A stretch of 64,000 bases of DNA from Nitrosomonadales bacterium (GCA_036676355.1 JAKFDA010000093.1:7857-71856); one strand, 5' to 3'. Shown: positions 53,312 through 62,038, numbered from the stretch's first letter. Notes: generated by a model from the letters alone, not told the origin. Made by a program: numbers and translations.

Positions 53312-54394
53312 TCATCGAGAAGCCGGCGACCTTGAACCACGTCGCGGTGCCACGCTCTCCGTCTGTTCTGCGCGAACCGGAGTACGCGCGCCGTCTTTGC
53401 CGGAATGAGCCGCACGTTTCAGAAGCTGCAACAGCCGTTCCCGTCCTGCACGAGCCGGCTTGCCTGCGGCGCCCAACCGGCCGGACAAATACGCCTGTAA
53501 TACGCCGGGATGGACATAACACTTGCGACACATGGACGGCGTATTGCCCAGTCGGCGGGAAACCTCCGTAAGGACCGCTTTCACGTGCGCCTGGGCTTCG
53601 CGCGGATTCGCGTAAGGGCGGTGCATCAGCGCTTCGAGCGCACCGATGGTCGCGTACCAGGTGCGGAAATCCTTCGCGGTGTAGCCCTCGCCCGCGGCGA
53701 CGCGAATGTAGTCATTGACGTCCGACGAGGTGACCGCGCGCAAAGCGCCGTCGCCGTCCACATACTGGAACAACTCCTGGCCGGGCAGATCGAGGCAGCG
53801 TCGAACCACTGCGGCGGCGTGCCGATCGGTCACCGTGAGGCGATGCCGGATACGCGCCTTGCCGCGGAATTCGAAATGAATGACATCGCCCGACACATCG
53901 ACGTGTTGTGTGCGTAGCGTCGTCAGGCCGTAGGATTTGTTTTCGCGCGCGTACTGTTCATTGCCGACGCGGATCAACGTGCGCTCGAGCAGTCGCACCA
54001 CGGTCGCCAGCACACGCTCGCGCGACATGCCCGGCTTGCGCAAATCCTGCGCGACGCGGCGATGCACACGAGCCAGCACGCGGCCGAAATCCAGCATGCG
54101 GTCGAATTTGTCCGCGTCGCGCACGGCACGCCAGTCCGGATGGTAGCGGTACTGCTTCCGGCCCCGTGCATCGATCCCGGTTGCCTGCAGATGCCCTGCT
54201 GCCGAGGCGCAGATCCATACCTGTTCGTACGCGGGCGGAATGGCAAGCGAACGAATACGGATCAGCGTTTCGGCGTCCGTCACCCTAACGCCGTCCGGCG
54301 TGACATACATGAAACCCTTGCCGTTGCGTCGTCGATGTATGCCCGGTTGATCGTCGGAGGAGTAATGCAGGCCGGTGGCAGCCAGCGCAACCAC
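53312..54394 (-). CDS. DNA topoisomerase IB (bacterial/poxvirus type)
   Basis: IPPAYEQVWIC..ATGIDARGRKQYRYH..GNEQYARENKSYGLTTLR..FEFRGKARIRH..AKDFRTWYAT..CRKCYVHP (catalytic Tyr context). GTG start lies 37 nt after the upstream stop. Confidence 0.8.
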   Translation of the reverse strand: MVALAATGLHYSSDDQPGIHRRRNGKGFMYVTPDGVRVTDAETLIRIRSLAIPPAYEQVWICASAAGHLQATGIDARGRKQYRYHPDWRAVRDADKFDRMLDFGRVLARVHRRVAQDLRKPGMSRERVLATVVRLLERTLIRVGNEQYARENKSYGLTTLRTQHVDVSGDVIHFEFRGKARIRHRLTVTDRHAAAVVRRCLDLPGQELFQYVDGDGALRAVTSSDVNDYIRVAAGEGYTAKDFRTWYATIGALEALMHRPYANPREAQAHVKAVLTEVSRRLGNTPSMCRKCYVHPGVLQAYLSGRLGAAGKPARAGRERLLQLLKRAAHSGKDGARTPVRAEQTESVAPRRGSRSPASR

Positions 54395-54431
54395 CGTGTC
54401 CCTCGGCGGACTGACCGCCGGAGCGCCCGGA

Positions 54432-55115
54432 TCAGCGTGTAATCTCGACGCCCTGTCGGACTTTTTCGGCACGTTCGAGATGCTGACGCAAGGTCGGCAC
54501 CAGACGTTCGGCGTAGCGTTTGAGCTCGGTATCCTCGCCCTCGCGGATCTCGCCCTCGTACAACTCCAATGCATCGCGGTGCGCCGCAACGCCGAAGCGC
54601 TCCATATAGAAGCGATCGTGCTGCGGTCCGGTGGTCGTAGTGAGTTGCTGCAGGGCGTCCTTGTATGAGGCCGGTGGCGCCATCGGCATTTCGAGCTTTT
54701 TTGCCTGTGCGATTTTGGTCAGCTCCTCGTTCGACGCGGTATGGTCCTTGACCATTTCCTGGGCGAACTGACGCACATCCTCGTCGAGCGTCTTCTCGGC
54801 GGCCAGACGCCCGGCTTGCACGATCGCAATGCTCGTGGCGAACGCGCGTGTCGCGAAATCGTGATCGACATCGTTCAGCATCGCAGAAGCCGTATCGCCG
54901 GGATCGCCGCTCGCTGCGGAGGCAGCCGTTTCACCCGCGCTTCCGGCGGGCGCAGCAGACGTAACGGCATCGTCAGGGCCCGAAGGCGCCGGGACAACGG
55001 CCGATGACGAAGGGGGCCCTTCGTAAGCGTGCTTGCTTTCCTCGCGCCCACAACCGGCGAACATCAGCAAGACGACCGTGCATGCGGTCAGGCGAATCCA
55101 TTCTTCAGTCTTCAT
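54432..55115 (-). CDS. DUF4142 domain lipoprotein
   Basis: Lipobox LLMFAGC, low-complexity linker, then DHDFATRA...FAQEMVKDHTASNEEL...ELKRYAERLVPTLRQHLE. Confidence 0.75.
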   Translation of the reverse strand: MKTEEWIRLTACTVVLLMFAGCGREESKHAYEGPPSSSAVVPAPSGPDDAVTSAAPAGSAGETAASAASGDPGDTASAMLNDVDHDFATRAFATSIAIVQAGRLAAEKTLDEDVRQFAQEMVKDHTASNEELTKIAQAKKLEMPMAPPASYKDALQQLTTTTGPQHDRFYMERFGVAAHRDALELYEGEIREGEDTELKRYAERLVPTLRQHLERAEKVRQGVEITR

Positions 55116-55156
55116 ATGCGCTCCCTCTCGCGTACATAGCATAGAGCGCCTGCGCA

Positions 55157-55417
55157 TCACCGTCGCGCAATGAGTACTCCGACGGCAACTCCTGCCGCGA
55201 ACGCAAGGGCGACGGTGCCAAACGGGTAACGGTGAATATAGGTTCCAACCGCATCACGCGCCTCGACGGCGCCGCGCTGCGACGCATCGCCCGCATCGCG
55301 CGCACGTTCGCGCAAACCGTATAACCAGTTCAGCAATCCCGCCGTATGCGACGCGGCCGAATCCGCCGCATAACGACCGCTTTCACGTATCGCCTGCTCA
55401 TCTGCGTTGAATTCCAT
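55157..55417 (-). CDS. DUF883 (ElaB/YqjD family) tail-anchored protein, second copy
   Basis: C-terminal anchor YPFGTVALAFAAGVAVGVLIARR. Confidence 0.7.
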   Translation of the reverse strand: MEFNADEQAIRESGRYAADSAASHTAGLLNWLYGLRERARDAGDASQRGAVEARDAVGTYIHRYPFGTVALAFAAGVAVGVLIARR

Positions 55418-55455
55418 AAAATTCCTTATCGTTCGATCGGCGCCGGCGATATGCC

Positions 55456-55968
55456 TCAGCGCCGAATGATTGCCGGCGCCGGTGTGCCGCTACGCCCCAG
55501 TACAAGCGTCGCGGGCCGCCTCGGCAGCCCGCGCCGCAGTTGCGCGTGATCGCGCGCGGAATGCTGCTGGATCAATTCATCGAACTGGCGTTGCAACAGC
55601 CGGCGCACAGGCTGCGGCAAATCGAAATCGAGGGCATCGCGATAGCGCATCAGCGCGACCGCTTCAAGACGTTCCAACATCCCGAGCGCGGAAGTTTCAT
55701 CGCTCATCGCCCCGAACGCGCGATTGTGCTGCGAACCATGCAGCGTCGGTTCACTCAACGCCGGCACGCTGCATTCCGCAGTGCCCATGAGATTGCGCAA
55801 TTTGGCGAGACGACGGCGCGCATGCGCAGTGCGCTTGCCGCGATGCTTGAGCGAGCGCCGCACCGTGTCGTCGCGGACGAACTGCGCGCAGGCCCGGTAA
55901 CAGGTTTCTCCTTCGCGGCACACCTCTATCAGGTCGTCGAGGATTTCCGACACCCGAGCAATTTTCAT
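55456..55968 (-). CDS. PA2169/DUF2383-like four-helix-bundle protein
   Basis: ILDDLIEVCREGETCYRACAQFV.. and a second-half repeat LERLEAVALMRYRDAL. Confidence 0.6.
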   Translation of the reverse strand: MKIARVSEILDDLIEVCREGETCYRACAQFVRDDTVRRSLKHRGKRTAHARRRLAKLRNLMGTAECSVPALSEPTLHGSQHNRAFGAMSDETSALGMLERLEAVALMRYRDALDFDLPQPVRRLLQRQFDELIQQHSARDHAQLRRGLPRRPATLVLGRSGTPAPAIIRR

Positions 55969-56016
55969 CGCTGCCCTCCTGGTTGTGTATGGGTTGCAAA
56001 CATATCGGCGGAGTGG

Positions 56017-56032
56017 TGCAGCCAGCATGCCC
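56017..56032 (-). promoter_or_regulatory. candidate sigma-54 promoter GGGCAT-gctgg-CTGCA (PA2169-to-kinase operon)
   Basis: Exact spacing, 50 nt upstream of the ATG at 55968. Confidence 0.6.
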
Positions 56033-56167
56033 ACGCCTCGCCGCGCTCAAACAACTTGTCAGATATACGCACCCTCGTTGTCCGCTTTTCAGACGCCATA
56101 CTTTTTCTTTCGTTGCTCTTTGCGCTGTCCATTTTGACTGCCCGTTGTGCCGTCGGTGACATGCGCC

Positions 56168-56183
56168 GGGCACATCGCTTGCC
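56168..56183 (+). promoter_or_regulatory. candidate sigma-54 promoter GGGCAC-atcgc-TTGCC (PRC-barrel gene 1)
   Basis: Both halves are near consensus with exact spacing. The leader is long, 123 nt to the ATG at 56305. Confidence 0.55.
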
Positions 56184-56304
56184 GCCTTTTAAACGGTATC
56201 GACCCGCGGCGCCAGTGTCTCCCATGCACGACGCGGGCCCGTTCCGGGACGCTTTTCCGTACAGCGTCGCACTTGCGTCCAACCCACCTGAGCGAGTTGC
56301 CTCA

Positions 56305-56844
56305 ATGAGCAAGCTTCATCCCGCTGTACTCGCTGCACTGCTTGGTTGCGCAATCGCGGGCCCGGTCTGGGCACAGGGCTCGCAACCGGGCGAGGCCATG
56401 CGCGGATCGGCCGGCACTGCGAAAAGCGATCGCGCGCCGGGTGCCACTTCGAGCGGTTCGCTGCAGGACTCGAAGGAACGCTGGGCGATGACGCACCGTG
56501 CCAGCAAGATCATCGGTACGGACGTGCGCAGCGCCGACGGCGAGGAGATCGGCGACATCAAGGAGATTGTGATCGATCCGCGCAGCGGCAACGTCGCTTA
56601 TGCGGTCGTGTCTTTCGGCGGCGTGCTGGGCGTCGGCGACAAGCTGTTCGCCGTGCCGTGGAAGGCCCTCAAGCTCGACAACAAGGACAACAGTTTCGTG
56701 CTGAACGTGGCGAAGGAACGACTTAGAGACGCGCCGGGTTTCGACCCGGATCGCTGGCCCGATATGGCCAATGTGCAATGGAATACCGACATACATAAGT
56801 TCTACGGCCAGCGTTACGACGCTAACGCATCCGGCAAACGTTAA
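56305..56844 (+). CDS. PRC-barrel domain protein, secreted
   Basis: Signal peptide MSKLHPAVLAALLGCAIAGPVWA, then IIGTDVRSADGEEIGDIKEIVIDPRSGNVAYAVVSFGGVLGVGDKLFAVPW. Confidence 0.8.
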   Translation: MSKLHPAVLAALLGCAIAGPVWAQGSQPGEAMRGSAGTAKSDRAPGATSSGSLQDSKERWAMTHRASKIIGTDVRSADGEEIGDIKEIVIDPRSGNVAYAVVSFGGVLGVGDKLFAVPWKALKLDNKDNSFVLNVAKERLRDAPGFDPDRWPDMANVQWNTDIHKFYGQRYDANASGKR

Positions 56845-56852
56845 AACCCGAC

Positions 56853-56874
56853 GGCCGTTGCAAAGCGGCCTTTT
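56853..56874 (+). terminator. weak Rho-independent terminator
   Basis: ggccg-ttgcaaag-cggcc followed by tttt, 9 nt after the stop at 56844. The stem is only 5 bp. Confidence 0.4.
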
Positions 56875-57106
56875 ATCGCAGTTCCATCCCCCAACGGAGA
56901 TTTATCAATGCAACACATAAATCCCTGATCCAGGCGCGAGCGCGATAGCGGGCGGCGAGCACGACAACTCTTCCAACGGGGGTCGTACCGACAGCGGCGG
57001 TGCATATGAGTCTCCGTTGCGCCAGCACAGATACACGAACGCGCGGCTTCATGCGGAGCCGCGCGCCAGACGCAATCAACCAGCCATACCCGAGGAGTCA
57101 CCTACC

Positions 57107-57595
57107 ATGCCAAACATCAACGATCCCGTCGACCCGACGAACCCTTCCACGCTGACCACCGGCGGTGCAAGCTCGATGAGCACCGGGCCCGGCACGGCGC
57201 AAGGCGGCGCCCGCATTGAAGGCACGCCGGAAGAAACTCCCGGACCGGGGCCGCGCATCATGGCGTCCAGCACGCTGGAAGGCGACGCGGTAATGAACCG
57301 CGAAGGCGAAAAGCTCGGCACCATCGAGGAAATCATGCTCGATGTCAGCAGCGGACGCGTGGCCTACGCCGTACTCGCGGCAGGCGGTTTTCTGGGCATC
57401 GGCGACAAGCTCTTTGCCATTCCATGGCAGGCGCTCACGCTGGATACCGACAACGAATGTTTCATACTCGACATCGACAAGACGCGACTGGAAAATGCGC
57501 CCGGCTTCGATAAGGATCACTGGCCGGCAATGGCCGACCAGCGCTGGGCAAGCGAACTGGATACCTACTACGGCACGCGGCCGTACTGGTCTTAG
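57107..57595 (+). CDS. PRC-barrel domain protein, cytoplasmic paralog
   Basis: VMNREGEKLGTIEEIMLDVSSGRVAYAVLAAGGFLGIGDKLFAIPW. gaggag RBS lies 9 nt upstream. Confidence 0.8.
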   Translation: MPNINDPVDPTNPSTLTTGGASSMSTGPGTAQGGARIEGTPEETPGPGPRIMASSTLEGDAVMNREGEKLGTIEEIMLDVSSGRVAYAVLAAGGFLGIGDKLFAIPWQALTLDTDNECFILDIDKTRLENAPGFDKDHWPAMADQRWASELDTYYGTRPYWS

Positions 57596-57605
57596 TTAAG
57601 TAGCG

Positions 57606-57644
57606 GAGAGTCGAGAGCGGCAAACGATCCCGCTCTCGACTCTC
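57606..57644. terminator. bidirectional hairpin between convergent genes (minimal family-1 arm pair)
   Basis: Perfect 15-bp stem gagagtcgagagcgg / ccgctctcgactctc with a 9-nt loop, located between stops at 57595 and 57657. There is no T-run. Confidence 0.65.
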
Positions 57645-57656
57645 GATACTCATCCG

Positions 57657-58481
57657 TTACGCCAGCGCAATGCCGCGCTCCCGCAGCGCCCGATGCATGG
57701 CGAAATAGAGATCGCTGGCCAGCACGTCCCGTTCGCGCACCCGCGTGGTGTTCCAGACCTGCAGTTCGAATGCCATCGCACCGCCCGCCTGCAGCGCGAG
57801 CAGGCGCACGACCGGCTCCGGGTCGTCCAATACCTCTTTATGCGCATTGGCGACAGCGCACAACAGGCGTCGCACTTCGTCCGGATCATTGCCGGCGGCG
57901 ATGTTGATCGGCAGGCGCAGGCGGATCGGCGCGTGCAGATAAGCGTAGTTGGTGACGTTTTCGATAATGAAACGCGAATTCGGCACGATGACGACGGTAT
58001 GGTCATTGGTGATGACCGTGGTGCGCCGCGCGCCGATTTCCGCGACGTCGCCCTGCACCGTCCCCAATTCGATGCGATCGCCTACCTTCACCGGCCGTTC
58101 GAGCATGATGATCAGGCCGCTGATGAAATTCTGGAAAATGTTCTGCAGCCCGAATCCGACGCCGACGCCGAACGCCCCGGCGAGAAAATTGAACGTGCTC
58201 AGATTGATGCCGTAAGTCTGCAGTATCGCCACCGCGCCGACGATGACGATCAGATAGCGGATGATCGAACCGAAAGCCTTGCGCGTTCCGAGATCGAGTT
58301 CGGTACGCCCCAGCAGCCGTTCGCTGACCAGTCGGCCGGCCCAGCGCGACAGCACCATCACCAGCAGCAGCAGGATAAGCAATTGCGTAACGCTGAACAG
58401 GCTGATCGGCGTCGTACCGATGGTGAAGAGCGGGACGTCCAGATCGCGCAGTTCGTCGAGCGCGGAAAAACGGTTGTTCAC
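57657..58481 (-). CDS. small-conductance mechanosensitive channel (MscS family)
   Basis: Three TM segments followed by the beta domain PVKVGDRIELGTVQGDVAEIGARRTTVITNDHTVVIVPNS. Confidence 0.85.
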   Translation of the reverse strand: MNNRFSALDELRDLDVPLFTIGTTPISLFSVTQLLILLLLVMVLSRWAGRLVSERLLGRTELDLGTRKAFGSIIRYLIVIVGAVAILQTYGINLSTFNFLAGAFGVGVGFGLQNIFQNFISGLIIMLERPVKVGDRIELGTVQGDVAEIGARRTTVITNDHTVVIVPNSRFIIENVTNYAYLHAPIRLRLPINIAAGNDPDEVRRLLCAVANAHKEVLDDPEPVVRLLALQAGGAMAFELQVWNTTRVRERDVLASDLYFAMHRALRERGIALA

Positions 58482-58697
58482 TTCATCCCTTCGTTTTCGA
58501 TAAGGCAGGTTTAGCCGGGGGCGGCGCGCGTTCCGGCCGCGCCGCCCGTCATCGCGTTTGGCGGGAATCTGCCGGCGTTCTGCGCCGACCCGTGCTGATC
58601 CGATCGGCCGACGCGATAGCTGGCTTGCAGGCGCGTTTCATGCACGGTCAGCGCCACGGTACCGCCGCACGAACCGCCCGCACGCAAAGGACTCAGC

Positions 58698-59921
58698 ATG
58701 ACGATGCTGCACGGCCAGCTGGACGCGCCAAATCTTACGGCCTCCCCGGCGCAGGAGGCGAGAAATCTTCGCATCGCGCTGGTCAGCGAGACCTATCCGC
58801 CCGAACTGAACGGCGTCGCCCTGACCGTGCGGCGTTATGTCGAATATCTACGCGGTCGGGGCCACCGCGTGGAATTGATCCGCCCGCGCCAACCCGGCGA
58901 TGCACGCAACGATGGGGCGGACGAAATCCTGCTGCCGGGTCTGCCGCTGCCGATGTATCGCGATGTTCGTTTCGGCCTGCCCGCCACCCGCATGCTGCGC
59001 ACACACTGGCGCATGCAGCGACCCGATGTGGTCCATATTGCAACCGAAGGCCCGCTCGGCTGGTCGGCGTTGCACGCCGCACGCGGACTCGACATTCCGG
59101 CGTGCACCGATTACCGCACCAACTTCCATCGCTACAGCAGCCATTATCGACTCGGCTGGCTGGAGCGGCCGATCGACCTTTATTTGCGCGCGTTTCACAA
59201 CGCCGGACACTGCACCTTCGTGCCGACCGGCGCACAACGCGCACAACTGGCCGCACGCGGTTACCGCAATCTTGCCGTGATCGGCCGGGGCGTGGATGCG
59301 CAACTGTTCAACCCGCAGCGGCGCAGTCGCGCCCTGCGCAGGCGCTGGGATGCGTGCGAAAGCGACGTCGTGGTGCTGCACGTAGGCCGTCTCGCGCCGG
59401 AAAAAAATCTCGACCTGGTCGTGCGCAGCTTCGACGCGATCCGGCGCATGCATCCCCATGCGCGCATGGTGTGGGTCGGTGACGGGCCGCTGCGACGAAA
59501 ATACGAACAAGCGAATCCGGAGCATCTGTTCCTCGGCCCCCTCGCCGGTGAAGCGCTCGCCGCGTGTTATGCGTCGGCCGATCTGTTCCTGTTTCCCAGC
59601 CTCACCGAAACTTTCGGCAACGTCACGCTTGAAGCAATGGCAAGCGGGCTGGCACTGGTCGCATTCGATTACGGCGCCGCCGGCGAACATGCACTCGACG
59701 GGATCGACGCCTGCCTCGTCCCCTACGGCGACGAACGATGCTTCATCCAGAAAGCGGTCGACCTGGCCCGTTTCCCCGGCGCCCGGACGCACATGCGCCT
59801 GATGGCGCGCGAAGCGATCAAGCCGCTGCGCTGGCCGGTAATCATCGGCGAATTCGAACAGCAATTACGCATACTTGCCGGCGAACATGCAACGCAACAA
59901 CGCACCGCTGCGACAGGTTGA
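58698..59921 (+). CDS. glycosyltransferase family 4 (SqdX/glycolipid-synthase-like)
   Basis: LRIALVSETYPPELNGVALTV, and the C-terminal LFLFPSLTETFGNVTLEAMASGLALV. Confidence 0.8.
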   Translation: MTMLHGQLDAPNLTASPAQEARNLRIALVSETYPPELNGVALTVRRYVEYLRGRGHRVELIRPRQPGDARNDGADEILLPGLPLPMYRDVRFGLPATRMLRTHWRMQRPDVVHIATEGPLGWSALHAARGLDIPACTDYRTNFHRYSSHYRLGWLERPIDLYLRAFHNAGHCTFVPTGAQRAQLAARGYRNLAVIGRGVDAQLFNPQRRSRALRRRWDACESDVVVLHVGRLAPEKNLDLVVRSFDAIRRMHPHARMVWVGDGPLRRKYEQANPEHLFLGPLAGEALAACYASADLFLFPSLTETFGNVTLEAMASGLALVAFDYGAAGEHALDGIDACLVPYGDERCFIQKAVDLARFPGARTHMRLMAREAIKPLRWPVIIGEFEQQLRILAGEHATQQRTAATG

Positions 59922-59940
59922 GCGCCTGCCCCTGCCGCGC

Positions 59941-60444
59941 ATGCGGGAATGGGAACACAGTGTCATCGTGGCACTGAACCGCTACACCGTCACGCCGGTG
60001 TGGAAACATCTGTTTGCCGCGGTGAGTCGTCTGGGCGACGGCGGTCTATGGCTGGCGCTTGCTCTGGCGCTGCTGGTACTGGGCGGCTCGCGGGGCGTGG
60101 AATGCGTTGTACACATGTTGATCGCGGGTTCGATCGCGTTATCGGTCTACAAGCTGTGCAAGCGTTGCGCGAGTCGGCCGCGCCCCTGCGCGACACTACG
60201 GAATTTGCATGTATGTGTGCCGCCGCTGGACGAATACAGTTTTCCGTCCGGCCATACTTTGCATGCGGTCGCATTCACCACAATCGCGGTCGCCTATTTT
60301 CCGGACCTCTCGCTCGCCCTGGTTCCCTTCGCCGTATTGACAGCACTGTCACGCGTGGCGCTCGGTCTGCACTATCCCAGCGACGTGCTTGGCGGTGCGG
60401 CAATCGGCGCGGGCGTCGCGCTGCTTTCCTTCTCGTTCGGATAG
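59941..60444 (+). CDS. PAP2 family phosphatase
   Basis: SFPSGHT and SRVALGLHYPSDV motifs. Start uncertain (59875, 59887 or 59941). Confidence 0.7.
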   Translation: MREWEHSVIVALNRYTVTPVWKHLFAAVSRLGDGGLWLALALALLVLGGSRGVECVVHMLIAGSIALSVYKLCKRCASRPRPCATLRNLHVCVPPLDEYSFPSGHTLHAVAFTTIAVAYFPDLSLALVPFAVLTALSRVALGLHYPSDVLGGAAIGAGVALLSFSFG

Positions 60445-61979
60445 GGGCGCAGGGTGGCGAGTGTTTTCATCAACGCCGCCGCATCGAGCGGCTTGATGAA
60501 ACAGTGATGAAAACCCGCTTCCCGAATGCGTCGCACATACTCTTCCTGACCGTAGCCGGTCACCGCGATCAGCACCATATCGCTCAACGCCGGCAATGTA
60601 CGCAAACGCTGCGCAATGTCGAACCCGTCGAGTTGCGGCAACGCGATATCCAGCAGGGTGACGTGGGGCTGAAACGATTCGGCAATCGATAAAGCGGCTT
60701 GCCCGTCGTAGCAGACGCGCACGTCGTTACCCCAGATACGCAGCAGCGCGGCCGTGGTATCGGCGCCGTCATGATCATCGTCGACCACCAGAATGCGCGA
60801 TGCGGCCATTCGGCGTTCCATCAGCGCCGCCGAGTCGTCCTGCGCTTCAAGTTCCGCCGCTCGCAACGGCAGCCGCACAATAAACTCCGCCCCCTTATTG
60901 CGCCCGGCGCTACGAACTTCGACGGAGCCGTTATGCAGGCGCACCAGGCGCTCCACCAAGGCGAGACCAATGCCGAGGCCGCCCTCGGACTGATCGAGCG
61001 AACGTTCGCCCTGCGTGAACAGTTCGAACACATGCGGCAACAGGTCCGGAGAAATACCGATCCCGTTATCGCACACACGCAGCACGGCCTGCTTGTCCTC
61101 CCGAACCGCCTCGCAACGAATCGCTCCACCGGCGGGCGTGTACTTGGCGGCGTTGTTCAGCAGATTGACCGCCACCTGGCACAGACGCATGCCGTCACCA
61201 TCCACCATCAACGGCTCGGATTCCGTCTCGCAAACGAGATGCTGTGCGCGTGCGTCGATGATCGGGCGTACGGACTCGACCGCGCGCAGCGCAACGCTGT
61301 TCAGATCCGTCGCCGATTTCTGCAGCGCGATTTTTCCGCTCGTCACGCGACTCACATCGAGCAGGTCATCGACCAGGCGGGTCAATTGCGCAACCTGTCG
61401 TTCCAGCACATTGCCCGCCCACTGCACCGTGGTCACATCGTCCGGCTTGGCGCGCAGAATCTCGGTGACGTTGCGCATCGGTGCGAGCGGATTGCGCAAC
61501 TCGTGCGCAAGCATGGCGAGGAACTCGGTCATGCGCTGTTTCGACGCTTCCAGCGCCTCGGCATGGCGACGCTCGGTAAGATCGCGCGTTACTTTGGCAA
61601 AACCGCGCAGGCGCTTGCGGTCGTCGTACAGCGCGGTGATGATGACATTGGCCCAGAATTTGGAACCGTCCTTGCGCAGCCGCCACGCTTCGTCTTCGAA
61701 ACGGCCCTTTTTGGCCGCCTCCTTCAGTTCGAATTGCGGCCAACCGATCGCGATCGCCTCACGCGGATAGAAACAGGAGAAATGCCTGCCGAGGATCTCT
61801 TCGGCGGTGTAACCCTTTATACGTTCCGCGCCGCGATTCCAGGTCTGTACGTTGCCCTCGGGGTCGAGCATGAAAATGGCGTAATCGATCACGCTCTCGA
61901 CCAGCAGTCGAAACGGCTCATCGGCACGCTGATTCACCAATTTGGCCTTGGGCGGCATCGGTTCCTCACACGCAGGCAA
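60372..61979 (-). CDS. PAS-domain hybrid sensor histidine kinase / response regulator
   Basis: PAS (VQTWNRGAERIKGYTAEEILG), H-box LAHELRNPLAP, ATPase boxes, and a C-terminal receiver (HVTLLDIALPQLDG). Confidence 0.85.
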   Translation of the reverse strand: MPACEEPMPPKAKLVNQRADEPFRLLVESVIDYAIFMLDPEGNVQTWNRGAERIKGYTAEEILGRHFSCFYPREAIAIGWPQFELKEAAKKGRFEDEAWRLRKDGSKFWANVIITALYDDRKRLRGFAKVTRDLTERRHAEALEASKQRMTEFLAMLAHELRNPLAPMRNVTEILRAKPDDVTTVQWAGNVLERQVAQLTRLVDDLLDVSRVTSGKIALQKSATDLNSVALRAVESVRPIIDARAQHLVCETESEPLMVDGDGMRLCQVAVNLLNNAAKYTPAGGAIRCEAVREDKQAVLRVCDNGIGISPDLLPHVFELFTQGERSLDQSEGGLGIGLALVERLVRLHNGSVEVRSAGRNKGAEFIVRLPLRAAELEAQDDSAALMERRMAASRILVVDDDHDGADTTAALLRIWGNDVRVCYDGQAALSIAESFQPHVTLLDIALPQLDGFDIAQRLRTLPALSDMVLIAVTGYGQEEYVRRIREAGFHHCFIKPLDAAALMKTLATLRPYPNEKESSATPAPIAAPPSTSLG

Positions 61980-62038
61980 AGTTTAAATTATAAGGCGGCA
62001 TTTTATCCGGCACCATGCAGCGCAACGCGACGCCCGTA

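Noticed and set aside
55441-55456. AGGCAT-N5-CGGCG (minus strand) in the 38-nt gap before the second DUF883 gene
   Set aside because: The spacing fits, but the -12 half lacks TGC and the motif overlaps the upstream stop codon. More likely chance within an operon.
56853-56868. GGCCGT...AAGC with GG-N10-GC spacing after PRC-barrel gene 1
   Set aside because: It coincides with the terminator-like hairpin ggccg/cggcc and has poor -24 and -12 halves.
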